Origin: Marsupella aquatica
Taxonomy: Eukaryota; Plantae; Marchantiophyta
NCBI GenBank assembly: GCA_973895155.1
Contig: OZ316892.1
Location: forward strand, 30,931,802 to 30,995,801
DNA length: 64,000 nucleotides
Direction: 5' to 3'
Shown here: in pieces, positions 13,301-23,991 of the stretch
How the letters are laid out: every line of letters begins with the position of its first letter
Numbering within the stretch: the stretch's first letter is position 1
Position numbers and translations under genes: made by a program
The notes under the pieces: generated by a model
Seen by the model: the letters and a program-made list of their open reading frames with translations, nothing else
The model's database searches: none
What the model was told of the DNA's origin: nothing

Positions 13301-14389
13301 CCTCTTTCCGTTTTCTCCTCTGGATATAAACAATCATAAGCATGATAGAGTTGAGACAAATAAATCTGCAGACGAGTGGGTCTACCTGCCTTCATGGTCC
13401 TCACCTGATCCTTCATCACATTGAAAATTAGTAGGGCCCAATTCACCTAGACAGATCCACTGTGTGCGGCTACAATTGTATTCACCAAAGCCACTGGACA
13501 GATGGTTGGCTTCTTCGGGTGTAGAATGGGTACTAGAAATTCCAGAAGCACTCTCAAATCTGGATAAATACACTGTGTTAAATTCCAGCCATTGGTGAGA
13601 TTGCGAGTCCCAGAGAAGTAAGGTGTAGATAAATCTTTCTTCTTCGAATACAATCCTTCTCCTTCTGAAGGGCAGCGGAAGGCATAAGCAATTTGTTCCA
13701 CAGTCCATAAGCTGGGTCGAGCTCGAATAGTCTGTCGAAATTCAGGAGCAAGCACTGACCCCTTTACAAAATCCTGCAAATATGTGTCGAGCTCTACTTC
13801 CCAAGGAACGGCAAGTAGATGCTGCAAACCTAGCTGCTGTAAGGAAGTCCGTAAATTTGCATAGCTATCGGGCGCTGGTGGAATTTGGGCGACTATGCTC
13901 TTAGGAATTGCCAGAGTGTCAACTCGGTACTGTTCATCAATGCCGAGGTTTGCCATAGCTCTCATCCGATATGTTGAGTGCACTAAGGAGTGGGGAAGCT
14001 GGTAGAATCAACAGAGGTGGCAGGAATTAAGTTAGGAGTGAGCGCCCGAAGTCTAATTTGCCTTTTCTTCAATTCGCGTTCGCCATCCCGTTGCTAAGTC
14101 CCGTTGGAAGTAGCCGTAAGACGTCGCGATCATCGGTCGCCAACTCGTAAAGCCCTAACTAGTAAGTCGTAACTAGTATACTCGTAACTAGTATACTGTC
14201 GCAACCCCGTAACTCGTAACTCGTAACTAGTAACTGGAGTTTACTCATAAACTTACTTTAAACTTGGGAACCGTAACTTGTAGACAGAATGCTATCTCCG
14301 TTCTGTTATCAACAATTAGAGGTTAAACCCCATAAAAAATTAAAAAAATTTCAGTTTCTTCATGATTTTGGAAATACCCACTACTTACA
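10357..14389 (-). repeat. Giant 5' LTR of D (~4.03 kb) containing an ORF
   Basis: Bounded by the PBS on one side and the junction with A's RT on the other; TGTA/TACA termini. The partner LTR is outside the window. Confidence 0.75.
11551..13983 (-). pseudogene. LTR-encoded accessory protein of D (~810 codons, two TAG stops)
   Basis: ORFs 13447-13983, 12484-13446 and 11551-12288 are in one frame. N-terminal domain LAVPW..DFV..AFRCPSEG..TNGWNLTQC..EFLVPIL..VNWA. Confidence 0.75.
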
Positions 14390-16915
14390 ATATGCCAAGA
14401 CTATCGGAAGCTCAACGACGCTACTCGAAAAGACCATTACCCACTACCTTACACGGATATGGTCCTTGACATGGTAGCTCGAAATGAGGTGTACACGTTC
14501 CTAGATGGATATTCGGGTTATAACCAGATTTGGATCAGACTATCGGACCAGCTCAAAACCACGTTCATAACCGAGTGGGGAACCTACGCGTTCAGGCGGA
14601 TGCCCTTTGGCTTATGCAATGCCCCGACTATGTTCCAGCGAATTATTATGAATATTTTTCATGACTTCTTACGAGAATTTTTGGAGGTGTTCATAGACAA
14701 TTTTGCCATCTTCGGAACAATCGCCCAGCACCCAGAACATCTGAGGCGGACTTTGGAGCGGTGCCGGGAAGTAGGGTTGAAATTACACTCGGGCAAATGC
14801 TTCTTCGGGGTAACGGAAGGAGTGCTACTTGGACACCGAGTGTCCAAACGGGGGATCGAGGTGGACCAGGAGAAGGTGGCCGCATGGATGAACGTCCCTT
14901 ACCCAGCGGACCAGAAGGCGGTGCGATCCTTCTTAGGCTGCGTAGGATACTACCGACGATTCATTCAGGATTTTGCTAAGATAGCCCTACCCCTTACGGA
15001 AATGATGAAGCAAGACGCGGTCATAGAAATGACTCCCCGTCGAAAATCAGCCTTTGACGAATTAAAAAACCAGCTCACGATGGCTCCGATTCTGACTACC
15101 CCCGATTGGAACAAGGAGTTTCATGTGTATGTCGACGTGTCTGGGTTCTGCATCGGCTCAGTCCTAAGCCAACTGGACGACGAAAAATGTGACCACCCCA
15201 TCTACTTTGCGAGTCGACAACTGTTTGCCGCAGAGAAAAACTATTTGCCCACCGATCGGGAGGCCTTGGGAATCATCTACTCGTGTAAAAAGTTTCGCCA
15301 TTATCTATTGGGGTATAAGGTAGTATTCCATACTGACCATGACAGCCTGAAGTACATGGTAAACAAAGCAGACTTAACGGGGAGAATAGCCCATTGGGTC
15401 CTGCTGCTCCAAGAATTTAACTACAAAGTCAGGGTGCGACCAGGGAAAGCTCACGTAAATGCGGACTTCTTCTCAAGGATTGAAGGGGAGTCGGACGACG
15501 CACCTGTCGATGATGCATTCCCGGATGAGGAGTTATTCCGCGTAGAAATGGACCAACCAACATGGTATGGGGACCTAATCACCTTCCTCTTAACGGCCCG
15601 CATTCCAAGTAACATAAACCAAGAGGCCACGTCGGTCTTTCTCCGCAAGGCCGCACCATACATGATGATCCGCGGACATCTGCATAAGGAAGGCGTCGAT
15701 GGGAAAATCCGCAGATGCCTAGATTATAACGAGATGATCATTGTCATGCGAGCTATGCACGAGGAAGAGGCAGGAGGATACTTCGCCCCGATCACCACGG
15801 CTCACAAAATCTTGGATGCAGGTTATTGGTGGGCTACGCTTCATCACGACGTAGCCCATTTTATCCGAGGGTGTGACTTATGTCAGCGCGCAGGCAAACC
15901 TCGCAGATCGGGTAATCATCCTCTTACTCCAATCTTTCCCCTTGCCCCGTTTGAGAAATGGGGCATCGATTATATCGGACCATTCACTCCGGTAACCCGA
16001 GGTCGGCATTGCCGGTACATCCTTCTGGCTATCGACTACTCGACTAAATGGGTCGAGGCCCGGGCAACGGTCAAGGATGACGCGGCCACCACTGTCAGGT
16101 TCCTATACGAACAGATCTTCACCCGCTTCGGACCTCCCTTGGAATTAGTCAGCGACCGCGGGACTCATTTTTTGAACGAAATGGTGCAAAAACTGACTGA
16201 CCGTTACCTCGTCAAGCACAGGAAGACTACTCCTTATCATCCCAAATGTAACGGACTAGCAGAGCGGGCTAATGGCATTGTAGGGAAAATCCTCAACAAA
16301 ACCGTGGCAGCCCACAAAATAGACTGGGATGACAAGCTTTTCGCGGCGGTCTATTCGTACAACTTGGCGTTTAAGACCACTACAAACCATAGTCCGTATT
16401 TCTTGGTATTCAGAAAACATGCGCTAGTACCCGTCGAGTTCGAGGTCGAGACCCCCCGGGTGCGCATCCGCCATAGACTATCGGAGGCCGCTAGTTTGTC
16501 CGATCGAGCATATAAGATCGATAGTCTAGAAGAACAGAGATTGTGGGCATCGCGACGCGTGGCAGCTAAGCAAGAAGCAACGAAGAAACAGCACGACAAG
16601 GGACTGCGCCAGGTGGACATCACTACGGGAGATCTTGTCCTTCTGTATGACAGTAGGTACATGTACTTTCCAGGAAAGTTACACACACGCTGTCTAGGAC
16701 CTTTCGTTGTCCAGCAGATGTACCCGAACGGATCCCTACAACTATCAACGTACGCCGGCGACCTCTTTCCCAATCGAGTTAGTTACGATCGTGTGAAGAG
16801 GTACTTTCATCAGGACAACGAGCGTAATGATGTTCGCGAGGATGCTTCACACTTAAGTGGGGAGCTATGTGACACGGGTAACGTGTCACTTGACCGAACC
16901 CAGGTCGTAGATTAG
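14390..16915 (+). CDS. pol: Pol of A (RT, RNase H, integrase), 5'-truncated by D
   Basis: DGYSGYNQI, MPFGLCNAP, FIDNF (catalytic DD altered to DN), DVSGFCIG, zinc-binding region with CDLC, WGIDYIGP, SDRGTHF, LGPF. No chromodomain. Confidence 0.92.
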   Translation: MCQDYRKLNDATRKDHYPLPYTDMVLDMVARNEVYTFLDGYSGYNQIWIRLSDQLKTTFITEWGTYAFRRMPFGLCNAPTMFQRIIMNIFHDFLREFLEVFIDNFAIFGTIAQHPEHLRRTLERCREVGLKLHSGKCFFGVTEGVLLGHRVSKRGIEVDQEKVAAWMNVPYPADQKAVRSFLGCVGYYRRFIQDFAKIALPLTEMMKQDAVIEMTPRRKSAFDELKNQLTMAPILTTPDWNKEFHVYVDVSGFCIGSVLSQLDDEKCDHPIYFASRQLFAAEKNYLPTDREALGIIYSCKKFRHYLLGYKVVFHTDHDSLKYMVNKADLTGRIAHWVLLLQEFNYKVRVRPGKAHVNADFFSRIEGESDDAPVDDAFPDEELFRVEMDQPTWYGDLITFLLTARIPSNINQEATSVFLRKAAPYMMIRGHLHKEGVDGKIRRCLDYNEMIIVMRAMHEEEAGGYFAPITTAHKILDAGYWWATLHHDVAHFIRGCDLCQRAGKPRRSGNHPLTPIFPLAPFEKWGIDYIGPFTPVTRGRHCRYILLAIDYSTKWVEARATVKDDAATTVRFLYEQIFTRFGPPLELVSDRGTHFLNEMVQKLTDRYLVKHRKTTPYHPKCNGLAERANGIVGKILNKTVAAHKIDWDDKLFAAVYSYNLAFKTTTNHSPYFLVFRKHALVPVEFEVETPRVRIRHRLSEAASLSDRAYKIDSLEEQRLWASRRVAAKQEATKKQHDKGLRQVDITTGDLVLLYDSRYMYFPGKLHTRCLGPFVVQQMYPNGSLQLSTYAGDLFPNRVSYDRVKRYFHQDNERNDVREDASHLSGELCDTGNVSLDRTQVVD

Positions 16916-19900
16916 GACTTATACGGTCATTAGGACCGTAGCCATAGCGTAGAATAGCACGTATAGCCGTCAAGTTGCCATTATGATTAGATTAGGAGTA
17001 GGTTAAGATAACCGAATAATTACGAGTTCAGGAAATGGATTATTACGCATGACCGAGGTACGGTGGCGGTAGCGGAGTAAAAATCAGTTAGAAGAATCAC
17101 GCTTGGACCGAGGCGCCGACTTCAGCTCGTTATCAATGACCAAACGGCCTGACCGTCTCACGCTCGGGCTCGTCCTGGCACCCCCATAAGAGAGGAGCCG
17201 ATGGCACTGCGGGCCATTCGCTCATGTTTACCTTTTTGGAATTCGCGGACGCTGCTATCCGCTCGCCTTTTTGATTGAATCTAGTCGACCTTTACGAGGA
17301 GATTATCAAGGGAGAAGAGCGGAATGTGGCAAGATTTAGTCAGGACAAGCGAGGCCTCCGCAAAAAAGGACCAGCCAGGTGGGAACACGGACGCAACAAA
17401 CCGGACTACGAGGTTAGTATGACCCTCACAGCCTTGGGATTTTGGACCTTGTTTGGTGAGGTAGGTGCTAAGTTCTCCGAGACTTACTGGTACTCTTGCC
17501 CCGAGAAAGCCGCTTACGAACGAAGGTACGCGAAGCTGGTAACCAAGGTAGCACTGGTTAATTGCGAAAGGACAGCCATCACCAGGGATTCTAGCTACAA
17601 CGAGCTGCGAGACAACATCACCGAACTATATCTCAGCGAGGAAGGGCTTAGATCGGTAGCAGAGGCGATTCTTGAGGTTCCAACTAAGTTCTTTAAGCTG
17701 AAGGGCAACCAGCGGCTTACTCAAGCAGAGTTCGACAAGATTCCGGGGTACCTAGACCAGCAGATCGCAGCCGAAAAGTGCCAAGAAGACATCAGCAGAC
17801 AACGGGAAGCGGCGCGTAATCTCACATTCCTCGGGGAAAGCTCCAACGCCTTCAACTGGGATATGGCTACCCCAGTGCCTCAACCAATGACCACCGGAGT
17901 ACCGCCGAACCAGTCCCAAGTCCGTCCAGTAATCAACACGGAGTGTTCTTTGGGTTCCGAGCGAGCTAGTCCGCAACTCGAACAGCGTCCTTGTAAGCGG
18001 TCAAGGACTACGACGGCCCCCGAATCAACACGGACCGACGCCGCGCCTGCACCTGCCCCGGCAAACCCCCCGACAACCAGACCCGACGGCCCCCGGATAA
18101 CCCGAAGTCCAACTTATTACAGGTAATCCGCGTCCCGAGGTAGTCTGGATCGCGATCAAGAAACTCGAACATGCAGACTATCTCAAGGAGCATCAGTTGG
18201 AGCGGTTCGCCCACTTACTATAGAGGCCGTGCGCCGCCGGGCCGAAGGAGATTTGTGAGTTCATCTCCAATTTCGACACTGATGCGTCGACCACCAAGGT
18301 TTCGGGGCAGACCTTATCACTCACGGAGCATTGGTTAACGCAAATTTTCTGCCTACCAACCGGGCCGGTGCCGGTGGAAATCCAAATTCGGGATAAGGAG
18401 TATACACCGCGGCACTTCAAACCCGAGGGTAAGACGGACAACGGATACAAGCAGGGGGCGTGCACCAACTTAACCTGTATGGAGCGGCTTAACTTCATAC
18501 GGACTACCCTACACATGATTGAGCCACGATCCGAGATTTCCCTTTGCACGATCGTGCAGGTGGAACAGTACAAACGACGAAACTGGGCCCAATTCTTCTA
18601 CCGAAGATTCTCGGGGGAGCTGAAGCGGGCTCAAGGTGGTATGGCTATTGGAGGGAAGACTTACTTGGGAAGTCATATCGCCATTATCCTCGCCTGGTAC
18701 AAGGCACGGCGGGAGGCCAGAGGAAAGAATATGGCCACCTCAGCCCCGGGTAATGTCACCCCCGCCCCAGAGGAGGCAACCCCGACTACGCGGACTACCG
18801 TCCCTCGGGCAAACCCCGAGCCGGAAGCCCCGACTAATACTCCGCAACCGCTCCCTGTGGAAATTCCACCGCGTCCTTCCGTTGAGCCTCCACTACCTGC
18901 AGTACAACCACCCCCAATCCCTCCACCACTTGAAGAAACCTTCCCCTCCCCAGCGCTGACTACGGAGGAGCTCATTGCCCCTGCCGAGGAACCACCGGTA
19001 CCCGAGAGGATGGAGGACTACCAAGTAGCCCCGGGGACCATGGCCTACAACCTGGTCCAGAAGTTTAGCCAGACTATGTCTGGGGAGCTGGCGACATACA
19101 TCGGACAACAAGTCTCGGCGTACTTTCAGCCAGCCTTCTTCATGTTAGAGCACCAACCACGGATCGTCAGCCGCTTGGAAGAAGAACTCATGGCGAAGGG
19201 GAATGAGATCGGGCGTCTCCAGATGCTGGTAGAGCACCTCGAGGAGGAGGCAATGACCCGCCGCAAGGATTTAGTCCGCACTGTCGAACAGAGGGACGGA
19301 CTAACCCAGGAGTTAAGCGGAGCGCAGGCCGAACTCAAGAAGCTGGACGACACCGTGCTTCAATTACGCTCAGAATCTTCGGCTCGGGTTACCAGCCTGA
19401 CCGACCTCAACAAACAATTCCTGCAGGCAGCACAACAGGTGGCTGGTCTCTCCGCCGAACGAGATAAATTGCTAGCGCAGGACCAGGTCCATCACGACGC
19501 CATCGACCATCTCAACTTGGAGGTGGCGCGGCTCCAGACTGAAGCCGATGAAGCTGCAAACGAGGCGGAGGAAGCAGTACGGGACAACAAGGCTTTGCAG
19601 GACCGCGTCACCCTGCTCGTCCTCCAGCGGGGAAAACCTCGGCCCACCTCTGATCAAGGCGGCTCGAGGTCTCGCCCCGACAAGGGGACCAGCCCTAGTC
19701 CAACCACTGCACACACATAAGGGGTGGTTAGCGAAGGGTAGAAGTAGGCACCGCGCGAGGCGGTTAAGTCAGCGGCATCTTTTGGTTAGGCGTAACGACA
19801 GAATGACTGTCATTAGGCGCCGATTAGCGGCAGTAGGAAGAATTAGGGCTGGTCAGTTAGGATCAGCCAACGTAGGATGGAGTCCATCAACGGACTAGAG

Positions 19901-20703
19901 TTTGTCAGTAGGCTTGGCCGCTGCCATTCCGGTTGGCACACTCGTAGTCGACGGTCAACCGGTCAGTGCAGCGCGACCAGTAGTCAGCAGATAGTTAGTC
20001 AGTAGGTAGTACCCCAGAAGGTAGTATCCTCCGGTTCTCTTCTACTATGGTAGTATTTAGGCTTCCCCTTCCGCGATGGGAGGGGGGAGAAGGCTTAGTT
20101 ATCTTAGCAGAGGAAAGGCGAGGCACGGGGAGTCCCGGCCTGAGTAGGGTCAGAGCGCACCAAGGAGTGAGAGCCAGAGTTGAGCTTGCTGGGCAAGTGC
20201 GAGGCAGGGCCTCGTAGAGACTGGGCATCGACTACCGTTGGGCCTGCTGACCCCCTTTGAAGTCGAGTCAACCATGTAAACTGATGCTTCGCTGAGTAAA
20301 TGTAGTCTTTTCCCCCTTATGTTTCTGAGAGTAACTGGTGTTGTGTGTATGCTTTGTCTGGGCAAAGGCGCCATTTTAAGGGACGTACCGGGTGCGGACT
20401 AATGGTAGGGATTGCCACTCATTGCATGTCACAAGGTCCTATCACGTCGATGGCTTGAAAAGCCCCAAGTCGGGAGTTAGTCCGCGTCACTAACTGAGGG
20501 AATATTCCAGCGGTGGAAAATAAATATACCTATGTCAAGTACGAATTATGCGAGTGTTATACCAGTAAGTATATCGGCTTAGCCCGACTTAGGGCTATTG
20601 AAGGTCACTACACACCTCCTTGCCCGAATCCTCACCCCTACTGGTGGTCGAGGTTGCACCACGACACTAACCTGGATTTAAGGCCCTGGTTAGGGGTGCG
20701 ACA
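16868..20703 (+). repeat. Giant 3' LTR of A (~3.84 kb) containing an ORF
   Basis: Begins with TG directly after the PPT, ends ...gtgcgaCA; the end is independently supported by the copy at 1-41. Confidence 0.8.
17035..19720 (+). pseudogene. LTR-encoded accessory protein of A (~890 codons; several TGA/TAG stops and one frameshift near 18090)
   Basis: ATG 17035 is in frame with ORF 17275-18126. The second frame reads EVQL..LERFAHLL*..EFISNFD..LTQIFCLP..TDNGYKQGACTN..RNWA, then Pro-rich and coiled-coil regions. Aligns by eye to the B LTR ORF. Confidence 0.75.
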
Positions 20704-20979
20704 CTAATGTTAGCGGTAGTGCTGTTGTGTATATAGCCAGGGCTGATGCCAGACCCTAGTGGAACTTAGGCTCATTGTTACAGAGCTAGTTGAGAGATAG
20801 GGAGAGCTTGTGCTGTGGATGCTTGGTATGGCCGATCGGCCTAGAGTGCAATAAAGCTCTTGTGTGTTCCCGTGGACGTAGCCTCATGTGGAGGTGAACC
20901 ACGTATCTCTCTGTGTCGACTATTGTGCGTTGGATGGTTCATGGGCTTGCCGTTGCAAATGTCGTCTATGCTCAACAAG

Positions 20980-20991
20980 TGGTATCAGAGC
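20980..20991 (+). promoter_or_regulatory. PBS (tRNA-iMet) of copia C
   Basis: TGGTATCAGAGC two nt after ...CAACA. Confidence 0.9.
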
Positions 20992-22501
20992 ATGCCTGGG
21001 AGGTGACGAGGTTTTTCGTGACAGGTTTTTCCAGCGTTCATTGTCGATGGTACATTCAGAGTTTCATCGCATGAAACTCGATTGTGTGTGGCTGAGTGGA
21101 TAGGTTAGTGAGAGGGCATTCTGACGGTGGTTAGAGCTCGTTGATCGGTATCCGTGGTGCGGAGGAATTGAAGTTTGCGTCGTTCAGGGTTTATTCATGT
21201 TCGACGGTATTTCGGGGGAGAAACCAGAGATCGTTTCTTCAATGGTGTGAGCTGTGCGGTGTGCGGGGCGTCGCATGTGATAGTTCAAGTTGAAGGTTGG
21301 AGCGTGCTGGTCATTTTGGTATCTAGTTTGCTTACGTTTGCAGAACAAGTGCGTCGTGACGAGTGAAGCAGGCGTTCTGCTTTTTTGACAAGCTATGGTG
21401 CTTGTTTTTCCCTGAACCGGATTACTCGTCATGACGCTTGACTCGGAGGAAGAAACGCAAAGTGCTGAGGCTCAACGGAGAGATCGTGGCGAGACGGTCG
21501 TTTTGAGTCCGGGATTGGCACTTGACGCGGAGTGAAGGCGACGCAACAGAAGTTCTTTCTCTGGTGGAGCTTCAGACGTGCCGGTGCAATTCGGAAACAT
21601 TTTCATGTCGACGGTCATCACTTTTCTCATTGGAAACCAAAGCGGAGGCGGCTAAGGTTTGTAACACGGCCTTTGTGTCATTTTGGGCACATTTTTAAGG
21701 TTAGTTTAGGGCATTTTTTGCCCCAATACGGCCCCAATACCCGACAAACCAGGTTTGCCATACGCCCCGGTGCGCACACCGGCCTCCCACACCCCTTTAA
21801 GCGTGAAAACATGCTTTTTTGGGCCTGAATACGGCCAAAATTGCCCAAATAAGGCCCAAATACGCAAAAATACGCGCATTTTGACCCCTTAAAACCCATT
21901 TTTCACGTTTTTTGCTATTTATACGTGATTCTGGCCGCGAATACGCGCGTGTTGCCGTGAATACGCGCGCCTTTGCCAGGGGCTTTAAGACCCCTTTAGA
22001 GTGTTTTTCTGAATTTTTTTTCTCTCCTCCTCCTCATTGGTTGTGCCTCATCCCGGGCCCTGTGACCCTTTGTTTTAACCGCTCCGACAAGGGGAACGGC
22101 CCCCTGTGAGCCCTGTTGTACTGTGCGGGAATATTCCCAAAAAACAGAGAGCTGTTTTTCGACCGTCACACAAAGATTCTGTCCGCCGCACGATAACTTT
22201 TTTGGTTCTTTTTTGGTGAGGACGTTGCCACTGGAGTTAGCAACGCGGCGCACCAATCACATCGCGATTCCGACGACAGGTTGTACTTGGTATTTTGGTT
22301 ATTCTCCGAGGTGGTCAAAACGGGGGAGTTTCCCAAGGTTTTACCCACCCCGACCGAAATTTGAATAACTTTTCCGTCGAATTTTGATTTTGATTTTGGA
22401 TTTCAGTATTGGACTCCTAGCTTTGTGGGCTACGCGGCGGTGTTGAGTTTTGAGTTTTATGAGAAGTTTCGAAAAAAGATGTTTTTTCGTGATTGTTTCA
22501 T

Positions 22502-23991
22502 ATGAGTGACTCGGAGGATACTGGAAGAATTGGCGTCGGTGGAGCTTCAGGATCGCGACGGTCAGACGGAGAGTTTGAGGAGGAGCTGCTACCATTTGAG
22601 GAGGAACTTATAACATCGGTACGATCATCGGTGCGGCGTGCAATGGAGGAAGCTGTGTTACTACCAGAGCTGTCGGTAGTAGGGAAGAAGAGGGAGATGG
22701 CTAGATTTGGAGGAGTGGAGTTTGAGGTGGAGAAGTACGATGGTCGTACTGATTACTTGCTCTGGGAGAAGCAAGTGAAGGGTGTTCTACGGGCCATGGG
22801 CTTAGCTCATCTGCTTTCATCGCGAGAGCAGTATGATGGAGAGGAGGAGATTTCAGTGAGGCAATGGAGACAGGAGCAGGTGATTGCTATCAATGCAGTG
22901 ATGCTATATCTCAAGCCGCACATCATCAAGCAGCTGGATGATTATGCGGATTGCGCGTCACTATTCAAAGCTCTAAGAGAGAAGTACTACCGGGAAGATG
23001 CGTCAGACCGGTTGTACAAGAAGTCTCTCTTGATGAGCCTCAGGCTCAAGGAAGGGAGCAAGATGCAGGATCACCTGGATGAGTTTGACAGTCTAGCAGT
23101 TGATCTGTCAAACCTGGGAAAAGGAGTTGAAGATGAGGATAAGGCCTTGCTTCTGCTAAGCTCCTTACTGCCGTCATATCAGGGCTTGAAACAGGTGTTC
23201 TTGTACAGAGATTTGAAGTCCATTTCGTATAATGAGGTGGTAAGCTCTTTACTGTCTGATGATACTCAGAAGAAGCTGGGTCACAGACAACATCTTCTTC
23301 TGGCACTGCGCTCAATGTGAACAGGGGAAGAGCAACGCAGCACACGAATGGGCAAAACAGGTTTAGATCTACATCACGGGGGAGATCTAAATCCAGAGGA
23401 AAATCGCAAGAGAGGAAGCCTCTTGCATGTTGGAATTGTGACAAGCCAGGCCACATGAAAAGGGATTGTCAAGTAAAGGTCCCTACTGCCTCTACTAACA
23501 CAGCATCGAGCTCGCATGAGGTAGATTTACTCGATGATGATGACATATTGTGATGTCAAGGTTATGCTCTCAACGTAGTGTCAAATTCAGGTAGTGATGA
23601 CTGGATTCTAGATAGTGCATGTACTTTTCACATTTGCTCTAGAAGAGATTGTTTCAGTTCTTACACAGTTTCCAACGGGTTAGTGTTGATGGGAAATGGA
23701 ATCCCATGTCAAGTTGTTGGACTTGGATTTGTAAGATTTCAGATGTTTGATGGTGCTGTGAGAACATTGAGGAATGTGAGACATATTCCCAGCATGATGA
23801 AAAATCTCATTTCACTTGGAGTTTTAGAGGCAAATGGCCATCAGTGGAGTTCTGCTAATGGTGTCCTTCAGGTTTCAACTGGTACTAAAGTTGTATTGAA
23901 GGGAAAGAGACATTGCAATCTATACGTTTTGGAGGGCAGTGTAGTCTGTGATAAAGCCAATATAACCTTATCTCATGAGGAGACGGCCCGG
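22502..23991 (+). pseudogene. Copia gag-protease (frameshift near 23300, stop at 23551)
   Basis: FEVEKYDG..LW, EDKALLLLSSL, CWNCDKPGHMKRDC, WILDSACTFHIC, VRHIPSMMKNLISLG. Confidence 0.88.

Larger units (their letters stand above)
42..14389 (-). mobile_element. Ty3/gypsy element D (Athila/Tat-like non-chromovirus), 5' part: giant LTR, tRNA-Asp PBS, leader, gag-PR
   Basis: LTR 10357-14389 has TGTA...TACA termini, followed by the PBS at 10330-10347 and gag-PR at 42-2861. Its right edge abuts the RT of element A (ICQDYRKLND begins at 14390). Confidence 0.85.
14390..20703 (+). mobile_element. Ty3/gypsy element A, 3' part (RT-RH-INT, PPT, giant 3' LTR)
   Basis: Pol is closely similar to B pol, with the same PPT context (ttaagtggggagcta-TGTGA); LTR 16868-20703. 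Confidence 0.88.
20704..23991 (+). mobile_element. Ty1/copia element C (Tork/Tnt1-like), 5' fragment
   Basis: LTR remnant with TATA-like and AATAAA motifs ending CAACA at 20977, PBS TGGTATCAGAGC at 20980-20991, then gag-PR; cut by F at 23992. Confidence 0.8.

Noticed and set aside
21640-22460. Compositionally distinct block in the C leader as an inserted element
   Set aside because: No TIR, LTR pair or TSD could be delimited.
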